Under the pieces are notes generated by a model. That model had not been told where the DNA came from. It worked only from the letters and a program-made list of their open reading frames with translations, and made no database searches. The position numbers and the translations under genes are program-made. Shown piece after piece: positions 50,349 through 62,017 of a DNA stretch of 64,000 bases. Origin of the DNA: Candidatus Dadabacteria bacterium (GTDB taxonomy: Bacteria; Desulfobacterota_D; UBA1144; Nemesobacterales; CSP1-2); contig CAWDVW010000006.1 in NCBI GenBank assembly GCA_963805855.1, forward strand, positions 192,001 through 256,000. The letters are read 5' to 3'. Every line of letters begins with the position of its first letter. Position 1 is the stretch's first letter.

Positions 50349-50514
50349 GCCGCCTAAATAGCGTCTATACACAAGGGGATAACGGCACAGTGAAAAGGGG
50401 ACATGGGTCCCATTTGTTCATAACGGGGTATCGAGGAGTATTATTTAGTGGTGGATATAAGCATTGCATTTGTCAAATGTGAAGATACGGGCCTCTTCAA
50501 AGCTTTCTTTCATT

Positions 50515-50552
50515 CCGTCTTTGCGAGGAGCTTTATCCCGAAGCAATCTCAT
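50515..50552. repeat. REP-like family A unit
   Basis: CCGTCTTTGCGAGGAGCTTTATCCCGAAGCAATCTCAT. Confidence 0.8.
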
Positions 50553-50824
50553 CTTTTTGCTGTCTTTTATCTTTATTTGCCTCCTAGGGTTGCAGTCCTT
50601 GATATACAGGCCGCAGCGAAGGAATTTAATATCCATTCCTCGCGCATATGGAGAATTCAGGGACGAATGAAAGAGGAATTTTAGAGCTACGAGTCTCCGA
50701 AGTTGGTGAATTAGCATAAGGTCCAGAACTGAGGCCACAAATTTTTTCGAGAATCCCATCTTCTTCGCTTCATTGTTCCCTCTCCTTTTACTAGAAAATT
50801 TACTAGCTTAATTTTAACAAGGCC

Positions 50825-51598
50825 TTAATGGGGGGTATTAATAGCTGATCTGTTGAAACGTATTGTTAGCCAACGTAACTTTGGCAGGTTAAATTCCTCA
50901 AGTTGTCTATATCTATTTATTAAAACAAACATGAAAAACCCAATAGATAAAATAAGTTCTGCTGGTTCTTGTATACTCCAATTAAAAAAAGTATTGGGTG
51001 TAGAATTGTAATCAGGCCAAACCCAATAATATAAAAGATAAAAAGCTGCAACTGGAAGAAAATAGCCCATCAGATACCAGTTTGGGATTAAATATGGATT
51101 TATAATAGACTCAAATTTTTTTATCTTTAATAAAGTAAATAGCCATAAAAATGAACCACAAAACCCGACTAGGATATAAAGGTATTCAAAAATCATTTGA
51201 ATCGGAATTAAATTATGTATATTAATTTCTTGTTGTGAACTATGCTCTAAGAAAAATTCAGTTGGTTTTACACCGATAATCCTTTGCCCCCAACTTATTT
51301 CTTCACCAAAAGAAAAAAACAGCCCAAATGCAAGAAATATGTACAGAATTCCCCAATACACATGGCGTTTTTTTATAAAGTCAGTTGCAATAAATATCGC
51401 TAATGTAGAAGATAAGAAATAAAAAGCGCAAGTCAAATACTCGATAAGACCATCCTCTTGAATAAAATAAAACCACACATCGAAGCTGGCCCGTTTTTTT
51501 AGGAATAGAAAAAATATAGAAGTAATTAAAGGGAAAATTAATATAGTTGTTTTTAAAAGTATTGTATTGATCTTTATTGTTATTGTGTTGTTACTCAT
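50825..51598 (-). CDS. Multi-pass membrane protein
   Basis: About 6 TM segments, EDGLIE, GEEISWGQR...N.HN motif, very AT-rich. Confidence 0.75.
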   Translation of the reverse strand: MSNNTITIKINTILLKTTILIFPLITSIFFLFLKKRASFDVWFYFIQEDGLIEYLTCAFYFLSSTLAIFIATDFIKKRHVYWGILYIFLAFGLFFSFGEEISWGQRIIGVKPTEFFLEHSSQQEINIHNLIPIQMIFEYLYILVGFCGSFLWLFTLLKIKKFESIINPYLIPNWYLMGYFLPVAAFYLLYYWVWPDYNSTPNTFFNWSIQEPAELILSIGFFMFVLINRYRQLEEFNLPKLRWLTIRFNRSAINTPH

Positions 51599-51869
51599 CA
51601 GTCACGCAGCATTTAGTAGAGTTTTTTTGTTGTTTTTGTAATAACCTTCTTGGCCCTGAGTCGGTGTTTGGTACCGAAGAGTCGAATGACGGTATCTCCT
51701 ATTATAACAATCGTCCTAGTTTTCCAGTTTACTTCTAAGCTCTATTTCACTCTCCCATTCCCTTACCCAAAAGAACTCCTCCTTTATTCCTCTTATCATT
51801 CTTTCTTAATCTGTGTTTCCTTTTGGGGAGTAAAAGTGGATGCAAACCTCTATTTGAGATTACTTTGCA

Positions 51870-52280
51870 CCCTTTGACGTCCTTGCGGTCTTTAGTGTAA
51901 TATTCGCCCTGTCATCCTTTCTAATTTCTCAATAAATTCATCCGAACCAGAGGGCAAACCTCTCTTTATGTTTCTCCTTAATACTTCCACTTTCTATAAA
52001 TCATCACCCTCAGTTAACCAGTTAGGCCAGTCCTCAATCTCCTCGAACCACTAGTTAATATCCTGTCTCCCTTTAATCTACAATGACCTGCCGCACTTGA
52101 CCAGTCATAATCCACAGCTCTTCTAACCAATCCTACCCTCACGGGATTACGCTCAACCTAACGGAGTGCTGCCCACATATATATTTCATCCAACGGACTT
52201 GAGAAGAAACGCCCCTGCCAAAGATGTCCATCCCATCCACGTTCGCGATTAATTCTTGTGCATATCTCATATGAAGAGGT
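51870..52280 (-). mobile_element. Degenerate REP-associated tyrosine transposase (RAYT, Y1 HUH family) pseudogene
   Basis: Minus strand reads PLHMRYAQ..NRE.GW.GHLWQGRFFSSPLDE...AALR*VERNPVR.GLV..A.DY.WSSA..H and later GLP.GS.EF...LE...GR.L..RP.GR; stops, frameshifts, HUH part missing. Confidence 0.8.
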
Positions 52281-52443
52281 CAGGGAACTCTTTGGGGACT
52301 TTCCTCTGTAAACGGAACTGCCCCTTTGTACTCCCTTCCCGAGATCGAGAGTTCAAAGTGAGATTTAAAGGGGTTCTATTTCCGAGATCCAAGTGTTGGG
52401 AGTGAGTAAAGTGGTATAACATTAAGGACTGGCCAACTATATT

Positions 52444-53497
52444 TTAATTTTCGCCCCTTTTTCTGAAAATGGAAACCTTGTGAAGAATCCAGCACACGCT
52501 GAAGGTCAAGCCGCTATAGACATAATATAGCCAATGTGTAGGGATAGAAAATATCATAAACTCTAAATCCCCTTTTCTGAAGAAAGAACCTGTACAATTT
52601 CCAATTTAGAATCGCAAGTGTGATGAATATAACCAGTGCAATCGTAATTAGAGTTCCGCTGAAACCTGTATTAAGAAAATTCACGGCGTTCAAAAATAAG
52701 AGGGCTGCAATTAATAAGAGTAAACCAACTAAAAAGGCGCTTATCCTATGAGAAATTTTTAGATTTAGATCTTGGGGTATTGACCCAAGTTCCAGGATTA
52801 ATCTTGACCACGGTACCGCACGATGAATTATATCGCTTCTTAACCAGTTAAGCCAACTCCAGTGTTTGAGATGCTTTACCTGCAATTCTTTATCTAGCAG
52901 TATCCTATGTCCCGTCTTTGCTAATGATATTCCCAACTCTATGTCTTCTATTGAGGCTCGAGTATAACGATGTCCATTAAAGCCGCCTGATTGGAAATAT
53001 ACTTCTCTACTAACAGCTCCACATCCTGCCCAAAAAGTCTTAGCTTCTTCATTGGAATCCTGGTGAATAAAGTGATGGAATAGATTCCGGAATTGAGATA
53101 AGAAGTCCGGAGGAGCAGGCGAATCATCATATGAGCCGAAGACGGCAACAATACCCTGATTATTGGTGAAATCTGATGCTACTCGTGAAATTGTATCTTG
53201 TTTAACCAGAATATCTGAGTCGATGAATAAAAGGATTTCGCCTTTTGCTATTTGGGCACCATGGTTGCGCGCGGTAGCCGGGCCCGACCGCTCTGATAAT
53301 CGAAGAGATGTAACTTTTTTGTTTTCTAAGATCTTGGGAGTATCGTCTGTCGAAGCGTCATCGACAACTATAATCTCATAATTTTCATACGAAGATGCCC
53401 TTAAACTATCTAGGCACTGCCCAATATGTTTGCTGCCATTGTATACTGGAACAATGACCGATATGAGGGGTTTTTCATCCAACTTAAGTTCCGTCAT
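52444..53497 (-). CDS. Glycosyltransferase family 2 with C-terminal TM helices; frameshift near 52565
   Basis: SVIVPVYN, VVDDASTD, FIDSD, IEDIELG; the shifted frame continues FMIFSIPTHWLYYVYSG to TAA at 52444. Confidence 0.85.
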
Positions 53498-53653
53498 GCG
53501 TATACTTGTTTACAGTTTATTATATTGAACGATTATCCAACTGGCGAATTCCCTGCTGTTGCTAAGGGTCATTCGCTTGCTAATAGCACTTACTTGTGAC
53601 GAAGGATGGGAAATCTAGTCTATGTCCCCAATTTTGGATAGACAGAATTCGAG

Positions 53654-54275
53654 AATCTCCTCCCCCTATACCTATAGGGGGAGGATTAAGGTGGGGGTAA
53701 TGTGGTATTTGCCCTTCGATTTACCCGGGGCAACCTCGGAAATTGAAGCGATCTCATAACCCGTCATTCCCAAATGCTACTCGATAGACTTGTCCTCGAA
53801 AGTATTTATCGGCGAAACATTCGAGCACAGGCTTTACTGGGAATCCATGTCTTTGTCCCTGGATCCCGGACTATCCATAACAAATACCGTCATCAATAAG
53901 GATAGGCGGGTTTTCCAACCCCGCATCGGAGAAAACATAAGGAATGGAAATCTAACCTGTCCTAGGCCCTGAGCGTGACGCAGGGTCGAAGGAAGGTTTC
54001 TACTACATTCATGATAGGCCAGCCAGTCCGTTTGACAACCTAAACACAAGGCTACACGCCTGTTGTATCGCGTATTTCTCGACAGAAACGGTCGAGCACA
54101 AGTGTAAGCCAGAATTTCCTTGCTCTGTCATTCCCAATGACTTTATTGGGGATCCATGCTTACTTCTATTCCGTCTTTATGAGGAGTTCTATCCCGAAGC
54201 AATCTCCTTTTTTCCCCTGTCTCGGATTCCCTCCTCCCCTTCAATTCTTCGATAGTTCGCTCTTTCGTCATTGCT
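53654..54275. repeat. Composite palindromic repeat mosaic
   Basis: Family B 53654-53697; CCGTCATTCCC..GGGAATCC; GATAGGCGGGTTTTCCAACCCCGC; family A variant 54171-54206; TTTCGTCATTGCTCAA shared with 30404-30419. Confidence 0.75.
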
Positions 54276-54435
54276 CAAGACTTACTAGTAAGGACCTATG
54301 GCTTCCTGCGGCAACTGCGGTAGCTTAGTGCTGGTAACCAACGTGCCACACTCAAACTATACCATAGCTTGGCAGACTTGAGATCAGAAGATAAGCACTT
54401 GTAATAGCCTAAGAATTATTTCAGAATTACTGAGC

Positions 54436-55320
54436 ATGAGTTTGGTTGTTGTACTTATCAATTGGCACGATGAAGAACAGACGCTTCGATGCACACGCAA
54501 TTTACGGAGCTGGCAAACCCTCAAGCCAGAAATACTCGTTGTGGATAACCAATCGACAGAAGCCTCCTCAGAAAAGTTGCGGCATGAACTGACCGCGGAA
54601 GAGTTGATTTGTAGTCCAGTAAATCGTGGATATGGTGGAGGCAACAATCTAGGGATAGAACAAGCGCTCGGGAAGAAGAAGGACTACATCCTTCTTTTGA
54701 ACACGGATGCTGAAATTTCTGAAGCCGGTGTGACGCTATTATTAGAAAGGCTGAAGGCATATCCAGATATCTCTATTCTGGGACCGGTAATCTTCGAACG
54801 CCAAAAAAACCATATGCGCTGTCTGATTGGAGGAAGAGATATCGCGAGACATCAAAACACCAGGATTGTTGCAGAACCCAATGGATTAAAAGCCATCGCT
54901 GGCTATCCGCTACTCGAAGTTGACTATGTCTTGGGTACGGTGTTTCTGACGCGTCGTGCGCTCTTCGAAGAAATTGGCCTGCTGGATGAGCGGTATTTTT
55001 TTAGTGGAGAAATCGCTGATTTTTGTAAAAGAGCGAGAAACGAGGGGCACAGGGCTTGTACCGATCTGGAGGTACATGCATACCACAACACCAACAAAAC
55101 CCCATTACAGCTACGAGATTCTTTGTACCTGTACTACAGCTTGCGCAACCGATTCTTATACATTAAGAAGCACTACCCCCGAGAAAAGTTCAGGTATTTC
55201 TCCTACTGGATTGTAGCATGCGGGCTGAAACTTGCGTACGCTATGATGAGAGGGAAGACTGCCAAAGCAAGAGCTATTCTTATGGCCTTAGAGCATGCCT
55301 TGATCGAACAAGTTCGGTGA
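54436..55320 (+). CDS. Glycosyltransferase family 2 (rhamnosyltransferase-like)
   Basis: VVLINW, VVDNQS, NRGYGGGNN.G, LLLNTDA, GLLDERYF. Confidence 0.85.
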   Translation: MSLVVVLINWHDEEQTLRCTRNLRSWQTLKPEILVVDNQSTEASSEKLRHELTAEELICSPVNRGYGGGNNLGIEQALGKKKDYILLLNTDAEISEAGVTLLLERLKAYPDISILGPVIFERQKNHMRCLIGGRDIARHQNTRIVAEPNGLKAIAGYPLLEVDYVLGTVFLTRRALFEEIGLLDERYFFSGEIADFCKRARNEGHRACTDLEVHAYHNTNKTPLQLRDSLYLYYSLRNRFLYIKKHYPREKFRYFSYWIVACGLKLAYAMMRGKTAKARAILMALEHALIEQVR

Positions 55321-55414
55321 CCAGAATCAAAAATTCATTTAAGCCGTGGGATCGCACTTTCAATTGAACGGTATGCAATGGCTTGGTGGTTGTCTGGATG
55401 TGGGGAGGGAAAAA

Positions 55415-55864
55415 AATGTGCGTCCTTATATAGAAGAGAATTTTTAGTTAAGACCGGAGGTTTCGACCCAGATTTCTTCGCTTACCTGGAGGATGTTGAT
55501 CTGGGTTTGCGAGGCAGGTTGTTGGGGTATCGCTATCTCTACCTACCGACTGCAAAAGTACTCCATAAGAGCCATGGTTCGGGTATTCGATTTTGCTGAT
55601 TACGTGAAACTGGTAACCAGGAATAGACTCCTGTTATTTGCTAAGAATGTTCCATATCCCTTATTATTCAAACACGCGCTGAAGCTGCTATACGGACAGC
55701 TTTATTTTTTTATCATCTATGCTCACCCACTGGCTTCGCTGAAGGGATATTGGTCTTTTATCATCAATCTGCCAGAAACGATGAAGAAAAGAAGAAAACA
55801 GATGAAAAACATAAAAATCGATCAAGCTGAAATTAGCTCGATTATTCACACAAGGACTCCGTGA
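55415..55864 (+). pseudogene. C-terminal half of a GT2 glycosyltransferase, frameshifted near 55592
   Basis: CASLYRR..L...GGFDPDFFAYLEDVDLG.R....G then RNRLLLF.KN.P in another frame; N-terminal half missing. Confidence 0.7.
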
Positions 55865-55957
55865 TCCTGCTCTATCGTGTCTCATCAGAGGCTTACGTGA
55901 CGGGCATCTTTAGCAAGTTGAAATAATCGAAAATATTTTAATGTCTAGTTAATTATC

Positions 55958-57045
55958 ATGTCGATTTTGTATTTATTAACATTTCCTGAGCCGTTACTAG
56001 AAGGCACGGATGCGGTATGGCAGGATGTCGAAGCGCTGCAGAAAGCTTTCGGCGGAGCGAGGATAAACCTGTTTCCATTTAAAAAACCGAGGAGATTTCT
56101 TCCCGTTTCTCTTTACGGCTTGCACCAATTAAATCTATAAGGAGCCAAGAGAACAACCAATTAAAAATCAATCATATTTTCGTTCCGACTCTGCATTATC
56201 TTCCTGTATTTTACTTCATGAAAAATCCTATCGTTTACACGGTGGGCGCGAGTCTGCAAAAACAAAGAAAACCCCTTAACATTAATAGACTAAATAGTTT
56301 GCACCGTATTGTAATATCCAACGAAAGAGATCAACAGATCTTGGAATCCTGGGGGATTAAGAATTATTCTATCATTACCCCTGGTATCGACACTTCAGGT
56401 TTTTCTCCATATCCACTTCCGTTAGAAAGGGAGCTGACCCTCTTAATGGCTTCGGCTCCGTGGGACAAAGCCCAGTTCGACTCCAAGGGCATAGATCTGC
56501 TCCTGGAAACAGCCGCAAAATTACCCTATCTGAAATTGATTCTAATATGGCGCGGCCGGTTGTATGAAGAGCTACTAAAAAAGATACGCCATCATGGAAT
56601 CATACGTAAGGTAGAGGTTATCAATCAAAAAGTTAATGTTAATGATTACTTAAAAAAAGCTCATGCTACTATATTATTGGCTAAACATCCCAAGCTGGTA
56701 AAATCATTTCCACATTCATTGATAGAGTCTTTAGCCGCTGGCAAACCGGTTATTGTGAGCAAAACCATTCCAATGGCGGATTATGTCACGAAGCATAGTT
56801 GCGGGGTAGTGGTTGAGGAACTGCGAATGGAATCACTCACTGAGTCCTTAAAATTGTTGATGAACCAATATCAGTCCTTGGCGCACCATACCAACCAAAT
56901 TCGAGCGCAAGATTTTTCGCTCGAGCAAATGATCGACCAATATCGTAGATTATATCGCTTAAAAATATGCAATTACATATATGCCATTTCGAGTTATCCT
57001 ATAAAAACAGGAGAAAGGAGGCAGCATGAGCTGGCAGCGGGATGA
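55958..57045 (+). CDS. Glycosyltransferase family 4, split by a frameshift near 56130-56160
   Basis: ORFs 55958-56140 and 56218-57045; PGID, KGIDLL, P.SLIESLAAGKPVIVS. Confidence 0.75.
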
Positions 57046-57977
57046 CATTATCCAAAAACGTGCCGAACTTATCCAACGCTATGGAGAATGGTGGGATAAC
57101 TTCGAGTTGGCCGAAGGGATTTGGACACAAGCACCATCACATTCGCCCAACCCTCGGGTGGTAAAGATCATACAAATCGCCAGCGATCTTACCAAGAAAC
57201 CGTTGTCACATTGCCGGGTTTTAGACTTGGCCTGCGCCAATGGACATTTTTCGTTGGAATTTGCATTGCGCGGAGCCTCGCGTACTCGGGGTCGAGGGGC
57301 GGGAGGCCAATATTCAAAAAGCTCTCTTTGCGAAAGAAGTTTTCGGACTGGACAACCTAACCTTCATGCAGGAGGATGTTCGGGCGATCTCTAAGGAGCG
57401 ATTCGGCGAATTTGACATCATCGTATGCAGCGGTATTTTGTATCACCTGCCCGGCGATAGCCAGGGCGAATTCATCCAGTGCCTCTACGATATGACAACC
57501 CATATGGTTATCGTGGATACCCATGTTGCTCTTTCCAGTGACGCGTCAATCAGGTACCAGGATGCAACGTATTACGGTACATATTATCGTGAGCACCTGA
57601 GGCATGATAACACGGAAACCAAATACCAGCGTGTGCGTTCCTCGCTTGAGAATGACACCAGCTTCTGGTTGACCCGCCCGTCGCTGGTGAATATGCTGAC
57701 TCACGTGGGTTTTTCGTCTATCCACGAATGTTTTAATCCACCCGTCAAGGGGACGAAGGACCGTTGTACGTTCATCGGGATAAAGGGAACTCCAGTGGAA
57801 TTGAAGACGTTTCCGGTGGTCGTACCGCAAAATCCAGACTGGCAGGAAGGCGAGTTGACCTACGCCAACGAATCCAATCTAAAAAAGCTACTGCGATGGC
57901 ACCTTGAAGACTGGCTTGACCGCACTGGCTTGCTGAACTGGTTACTGGCTCTGCTGAAAAAGATAGGCAGAAGATAA
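57026..57977 (+). CDS. Class I SAM-dependent methyltransferase, split by a frameshift near 57280
   Basis: VLDLACANG motif I in the first ORF; VLGVEGRE, DV, FDII.CSGILYH in the second. Confidence 0.78.
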
Positions 57978-58125
57978 CTCCAAACCTCGATACGTCTGAG
58001 CCCTTGTTCTGTACCGATTAATAACTAAATAGTGTCTGGAACCCACTAGCTAAGGGAATTCGGGGGCTGGCTTGTAATTTCAATTTCGACCAGAAACTAA
58101 AGGCGATTTAATGCAATCAACACCC

Positions 58126-59004
58126 TTAAGATAAGGTGCTCGAGAGTCGATTGATGATATACATCGCAAGACAATGCGTAACGTATTCTTTCCCACCACC
58201 CGCTGCCGGTTCGCAATAAAGCGCTTCCAAGACTTGTCGGTCGTCGTTGGAAAGCGATGATCCGTAAATGCGCATGAATTCTATAGCCTGATTCATCATA
58301 AGCTGGAACTGACCGGTTTTAAAACGGTGGATTTTGGTTCTCCATTTGTCTAAAAATCCGAACTGGATTCCGAAAGCGTTGGAATCGTGAATTCGGTAAA
58401 GGATTCTAGATTCCTCATCATAGATGAGATTGCCAAAGCAGACAGAACCAAATATATCCACCAATCATGACAATACACTTGGTCAGGGAATTCGTGAAGG
58501 AGCTGGCGTGATGCCTTATTTAAAAGAATGGTACAACCCAACCCCTGCGGACATTCGAGGATTGCATTGCGGAATGATAGTCCATTTCTCGTAAGGTCGG
58601 TATACCCTAGAAATTTCAAGTTTTTGTCTACGACAGTGAGCCGGAGCAGTACATCATCGGTGTGTCTAGTGGGTAGTGGCTCAGCTAATTCAACTGCCCT
58701 GGAAACCTTGTCCTTTTGCCACACGTCGTCTTGATCGCACAAAGCAAGGTAGTCGGCATCAGGCGACGAAATCTCCAGAAGCTTAAAAAAACTCTGTGCA
58801 AACCCAACATGTGCGCCGAGGGACAACCCTTATATTCGTGTGCGCAGAAGCGTATTCATTGAGCAGGTCGAGTGTACCATCATTAGAACCATCGTCTCTC
58901 ACAAGAATCTCGACATGGGGATAATCCTGAGCCAGAAGACTTTCCATAAGAGGTTTGAGATATTTAATCCCGTTATATGTGGATAAAAGGATTTGAACCA
59001 TCAT
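58126..59004 (-). CDS. Glycosyltransferase family 2 (RgpB-like rhamnosyltransferase), three pieces from frameshifts
   Basis: ILLSTYNG..YL, RDDGSND; CDQDDVW..DK; GCT; HDWW; LYR.H..N..G. Confidence 0.75.
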
Positions 59005-59009
59005 ATATC

Positions 59010-59190
59010 TCACAAAAAGACGTCGTCAACGGAAAGGGCAAAGCCGGGCGGGAGGGAGGTCTGAGCCAGCAGCCTGGCCGGACCCGTAGTTCCCAAAGAA
59101 AGCATACGTGCCTTCCCATAGCAAATAAACCTCGATAGCTCGCTCTTCTGGCTCTACCATCCAATACTCACGCACTCCTGCTTTGGCATG
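59010..59190 (-). pseudogene. C-terminal fragment of a Uma2/DUF820 endonuclease-family gene
   Basis: AKAGVREYWMVEPEERAIEVYLL.EG.Y......SDL.PGFALSVDDVF*. Confidence 0.7.
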
Positions 59191-59294
59191 TTTGAAAATT
59201 AAAATAATCCTCAGGAGATTTATTCCGCTTTATAGCTAAACGAAATAATTTAAATATAAAGTTCGTCATTGGATCTACCAATATTAGTCAATTT

Positions 59295-60245
59295 TTAGTC
59301 TAAGTCGCGGGCCACGTAAATTTGGTCAATATGCATAAAACGACGTACATACCATATAGCAAGAGTGCCCATCACAAAATCAATGCACATTGTTACCACT
59401 CGAATTGCTAACGGCAGTACGATTGCAATTGGTGGACTAACAACCGTCCCCAACATACCGAACATCACGACTTCACGAATGCCGAGTCCGGCCGGAGTAA
59501 TTACGGCCACAAAACCTATCGCATCTGCAAGAAGAAAGGATGCTGCAACAGGAAAAATATTCTTGAAATTCCAGGACTCTCCAATACCCATTGCAATGAA
59601 ATAACCAGAAATTCCAAACAGTAAAATTACCAACAAATACCAGCACTGAATTGCAACCATGTCTGTGGTCCGAATCTTTATTGGCTCGAACTGTCTAGCA
59701 AAAGACCGATTAATATGGGTGACTGCAAAGTTAATGGTCGTCGCCCCTCCAAACACCAAAATAATGTAGCCGAGGAGTACTAACACAAACAATCCGATTG
59801 CGAAGCCCTTGGGCAAAACGGTACTATCAAGCGATAAATAACCAAGCCCAGCAACAGCTGACAATGCCAAATGTGACACTATCATAATAAGATTGACCGA
59901 AACAACCTGCATCTTGGGAATGCGGCGTCGAGAAAGCCAGTACATCTGCAACCCAAAAGACCAAACCTTACCGGGAATATACTTGGTTAGTTGAGAGACG
60001 TTAAATATCCCGAAACTCTCACTGAATGTCAATTTCTTTCCGGTTACGAGCCTAACGGTCTTTAGCCAGGACCAAGTTGTAACTAACAAAGAAGCGCAAA
60101 AAAAACAACCTCCAAGAATGAAATATGGCCAGCGGAGTTTAAAATGCGCCCCCGAGAACTGCTCCCAATTGGATTGCATTTCACGCCAAAAAAAAATGCA
60201 GACTGCGACCATCAACAGAATAAAAATAGAGTTACGCATATTCAT
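59295..60245 (-). CDS. Lysylphosphatidylglycerol synthase TM / flippase-like membrane protein (UPF0104)
   Basis: SQLTKYIPGKVW, P.GLGIRE, R....; about 8 TM segments. Confidence 0.82.
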   Translation of the reverse strand: MNMRNSIFILLMVAVCIFFWREMQSNWEQFSGAHFKLRWPYFILGGCFFCASLLVTTWSWLKTVRLVTGKKLTFSESFGIFNVSQLTKYIPGKVWSFGLQMYWLSRRRIPKMQVVSVNLIMIVSHLALSAVAGLGYLSLDSTVLPKGFAIGLFVLVLLGYIILVFGGATTINFAVTHINRSFARQFEPIKIRTTDMVAIQCWYLLVILLFGISGYFIAMGIGESWNFKNIFPVAASFLLADAIGFVAVITPAGLGIREVVMFGMLGTVVSPPIAIVLPLAIRVVTMCIDFVMGTLAIWYVRRFMHIDQIYVARDLD

Positions 60246-60923
60246 TTACACTTTCCGAGTTCGCAGAATATATATATTGGTTGGTGACAACCAAGAAAGC
60301 CATCGCCATGCTGGCAGCCTTACTGAAACATCACTTCTAAAAAGTTGGGGGTTGTTAAGTATCTCCGTTGTATAGTCACGGAATTCAAGTCCAGCTGACT
60401 TAATTACATTTTGCATATCCCAAAAATAATTTAGCTTGATTCGCTCATCTGCTCCTGTCAAAAAACGCATTATCCGCTCGTATGCACGCATTGGAAGATA
60501 ATTGATAAACGGAATCTTGGCAAATGGTTCAAACGGAAATGCCCTGTTCGGATCTGCCAGATAGCAAACACCGGTTGGCTTGAGAACCCGCCGAACTTCT
60601 TCGAGTTCATGTTTCTGATCTGCCACTAAGTACAATGCATGATTAAGAATAACAATATCGAATGTTGAATCTTCAAATGGAATATTCACTCCAGTCAGCT
60701 TCACAAATTTTAACTGGGGTTCGTCAACGCAAAGCTGATTTTCAATGTCCGACGCAATAACTTTGTTCGTTTTCGCAAAATACCCGGCAATATGTCCACT
60801 CCCAGAACCAATATCGAGAATAGTTAACCCACTGATTTCATCCATCTCTAGGGCATCGCAAAGAACTGCGGCAATCTTTTTCGCCTTCGAGTCGCGGTTT
60901 TCCGTTGTGGCAAAACCTCTCAT
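60246..60923 (-). CDS. Class I SAM-dependent methyltransferase
   Basis: [27 protein letters not shown]...PN. Confidence 0.85.
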   Translation of the reverse strand: MRGFATTENRDSKAKKIAAVLCDALEMDEISGLTILDIGSGSGHIAGYFAKTNKVIASDIENQLCVDEPQLKFVKLTGVNIPFEDSTFDIVILNHALYLVADQKHELEEVRRVLKPTGVCYLADPNRAFPFEPFAKIPFINYLPMRAYERIMRFLTGADERIKLNYFWDMQNVIKSAGLEFRDYTTEILNNPQLFRSDVSVRLPAWRWLSWLSPTNIYILRTRKV

Positions 60924-62017
60924 TGCTTTGCACCAAATTCATTGATGGCCTCAGCGACCGCAAAAATGTCGTCCTGAGTATGGAAATACGATATGGGCAG
61001 ACTTAGCGTCGTTGAATGGATCTCGTCGGCAATTGGAAAGTCGTAGCGGTCCAAATAGCCTTGTAGAGCCTTTTGCTTTGCCGGCGCGACCGGGTAATGA
61101 ATAGCTGTCTTTATCCCTCGAGTAAGGAGGTAGTCTCTCAATGCATCTCGGCGAGGATGACGAACGTTAAAAATGTGGTAGACATCATGATAATCACAAT
61201 GGTACACGGGCTTGATAACGGAATCACCTAATACGTCAAAGTATCTCTTGGCGAGGGAACGCTTATGTTCATTAATTGCATTAAGATATTGTAATTTAAT
61301 GGACAAAAATCCAGCCTGAACTTCGTCCAGACGGGAATTATAACCAACCACCTCGTTATGATATTTGATTTTGGACCCATAGTTTCTGTACATTCGGATT
61401 AATTTATCGATATCCGGATCGTCGGTTGTAACCGCCCCCGCATCACCTAGGGCGCCAAGATTCTTGGTCGGATAAAAACTGAAAGCATTGCAGTGCCCAA
61501 AGGAACCCGCCTTTTTACTACGATACATTGCGCCATGTGCGTGGGCGCAGTCTTCGATCACCGTCAGCCCTTTAGATTTGGCAATCCCAAGAATAGGGTC
61601 CATGTCACAAACCTTGCCATACAAATGAACCACCATGATTGCAACGGTTCTGCTGGAAATGGAGGAATCAATCTTATTGGGGTCAATATTGTAGGTAATG
61701 ATGTCTGGCTCAACGAGTATCGGTTTCAAGCCGGCCTGTAAAATTGCCAGAATAGTGGCGATATAGGTATTAGAAGGAACAATGACTTCCGAATCACGTC
61801 TAAAGCCAAACGCTTTTAGGGATAACACTATTGCATCAAGTCCAGAGGCTACTCCGATGCAATACTTTGCGCCGCAGTAAGATGCAAATTCTCGCTCAAA
61901 CTTTTCGACATTGCCGCCCAACACATACCAACCGCTTTCCAGGGTTGCCCTAAAGCTATTCTTTAATTGTTCAAAAAAAGGCTCATTCACTTTTTTTAAG
62001 TTTTCATATTCTATCAT
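60920..62017 (-). CDS. DegT/DnrJ family sugar 3-aminotransferase (FdtB/QdtB-like)
   Basis: [45 protein letters not shown]. Confidence 0.9.
   Translation of the reverse strand: MIEYENLKKVNEPFFEQLKNSFRATLESGWYVLGGNVEKFEREFASYCGAKYCIGVASGLDAIVLSLKAFGFRRDSEVIVPSNTYIATILAILQAGLKPILVEPDIITYNIDPNKIDSSISSRTVAIMVVHLYGKVCDMDPILGIAKSKGLTVIEDCAHAHGAMYRSKKAGSFGHCNAFSFYPTKNLGALGDAGAVTTDDPDIDKLIRMYRNYGSKIKYHNEVVGYNSRLDEVQAGFLSIKLQYLNAINEHKRSLAKRYFDVLGDSVIKPVYHCDYHDVYHIFNVRHPRRDALRDYLLTRGIKTAIHYPVAPAKQKALQGYLDRYDFPIADEIHSTTLSLPISYFHTQDDIFAVAEAINEFGAKQ

Noticed and set aside
30051..54275. Recurrent ~37-bp repeats as a CRISPR array
   Set aside because: Copies are kilobases apart, occur in both orientations, have no regular spacers, and no cas genes are present
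30202..54328. ORFs 30202-30516, 47432-47632, 47639-47902, 50448-50684, 53790-53972 and 54137-54328 as a small protein family (shared SVFARSF.PKQSHLF)
   Set aside because: The shared peptide is just the translation of repeat family A; no RBS or consistent start/stop
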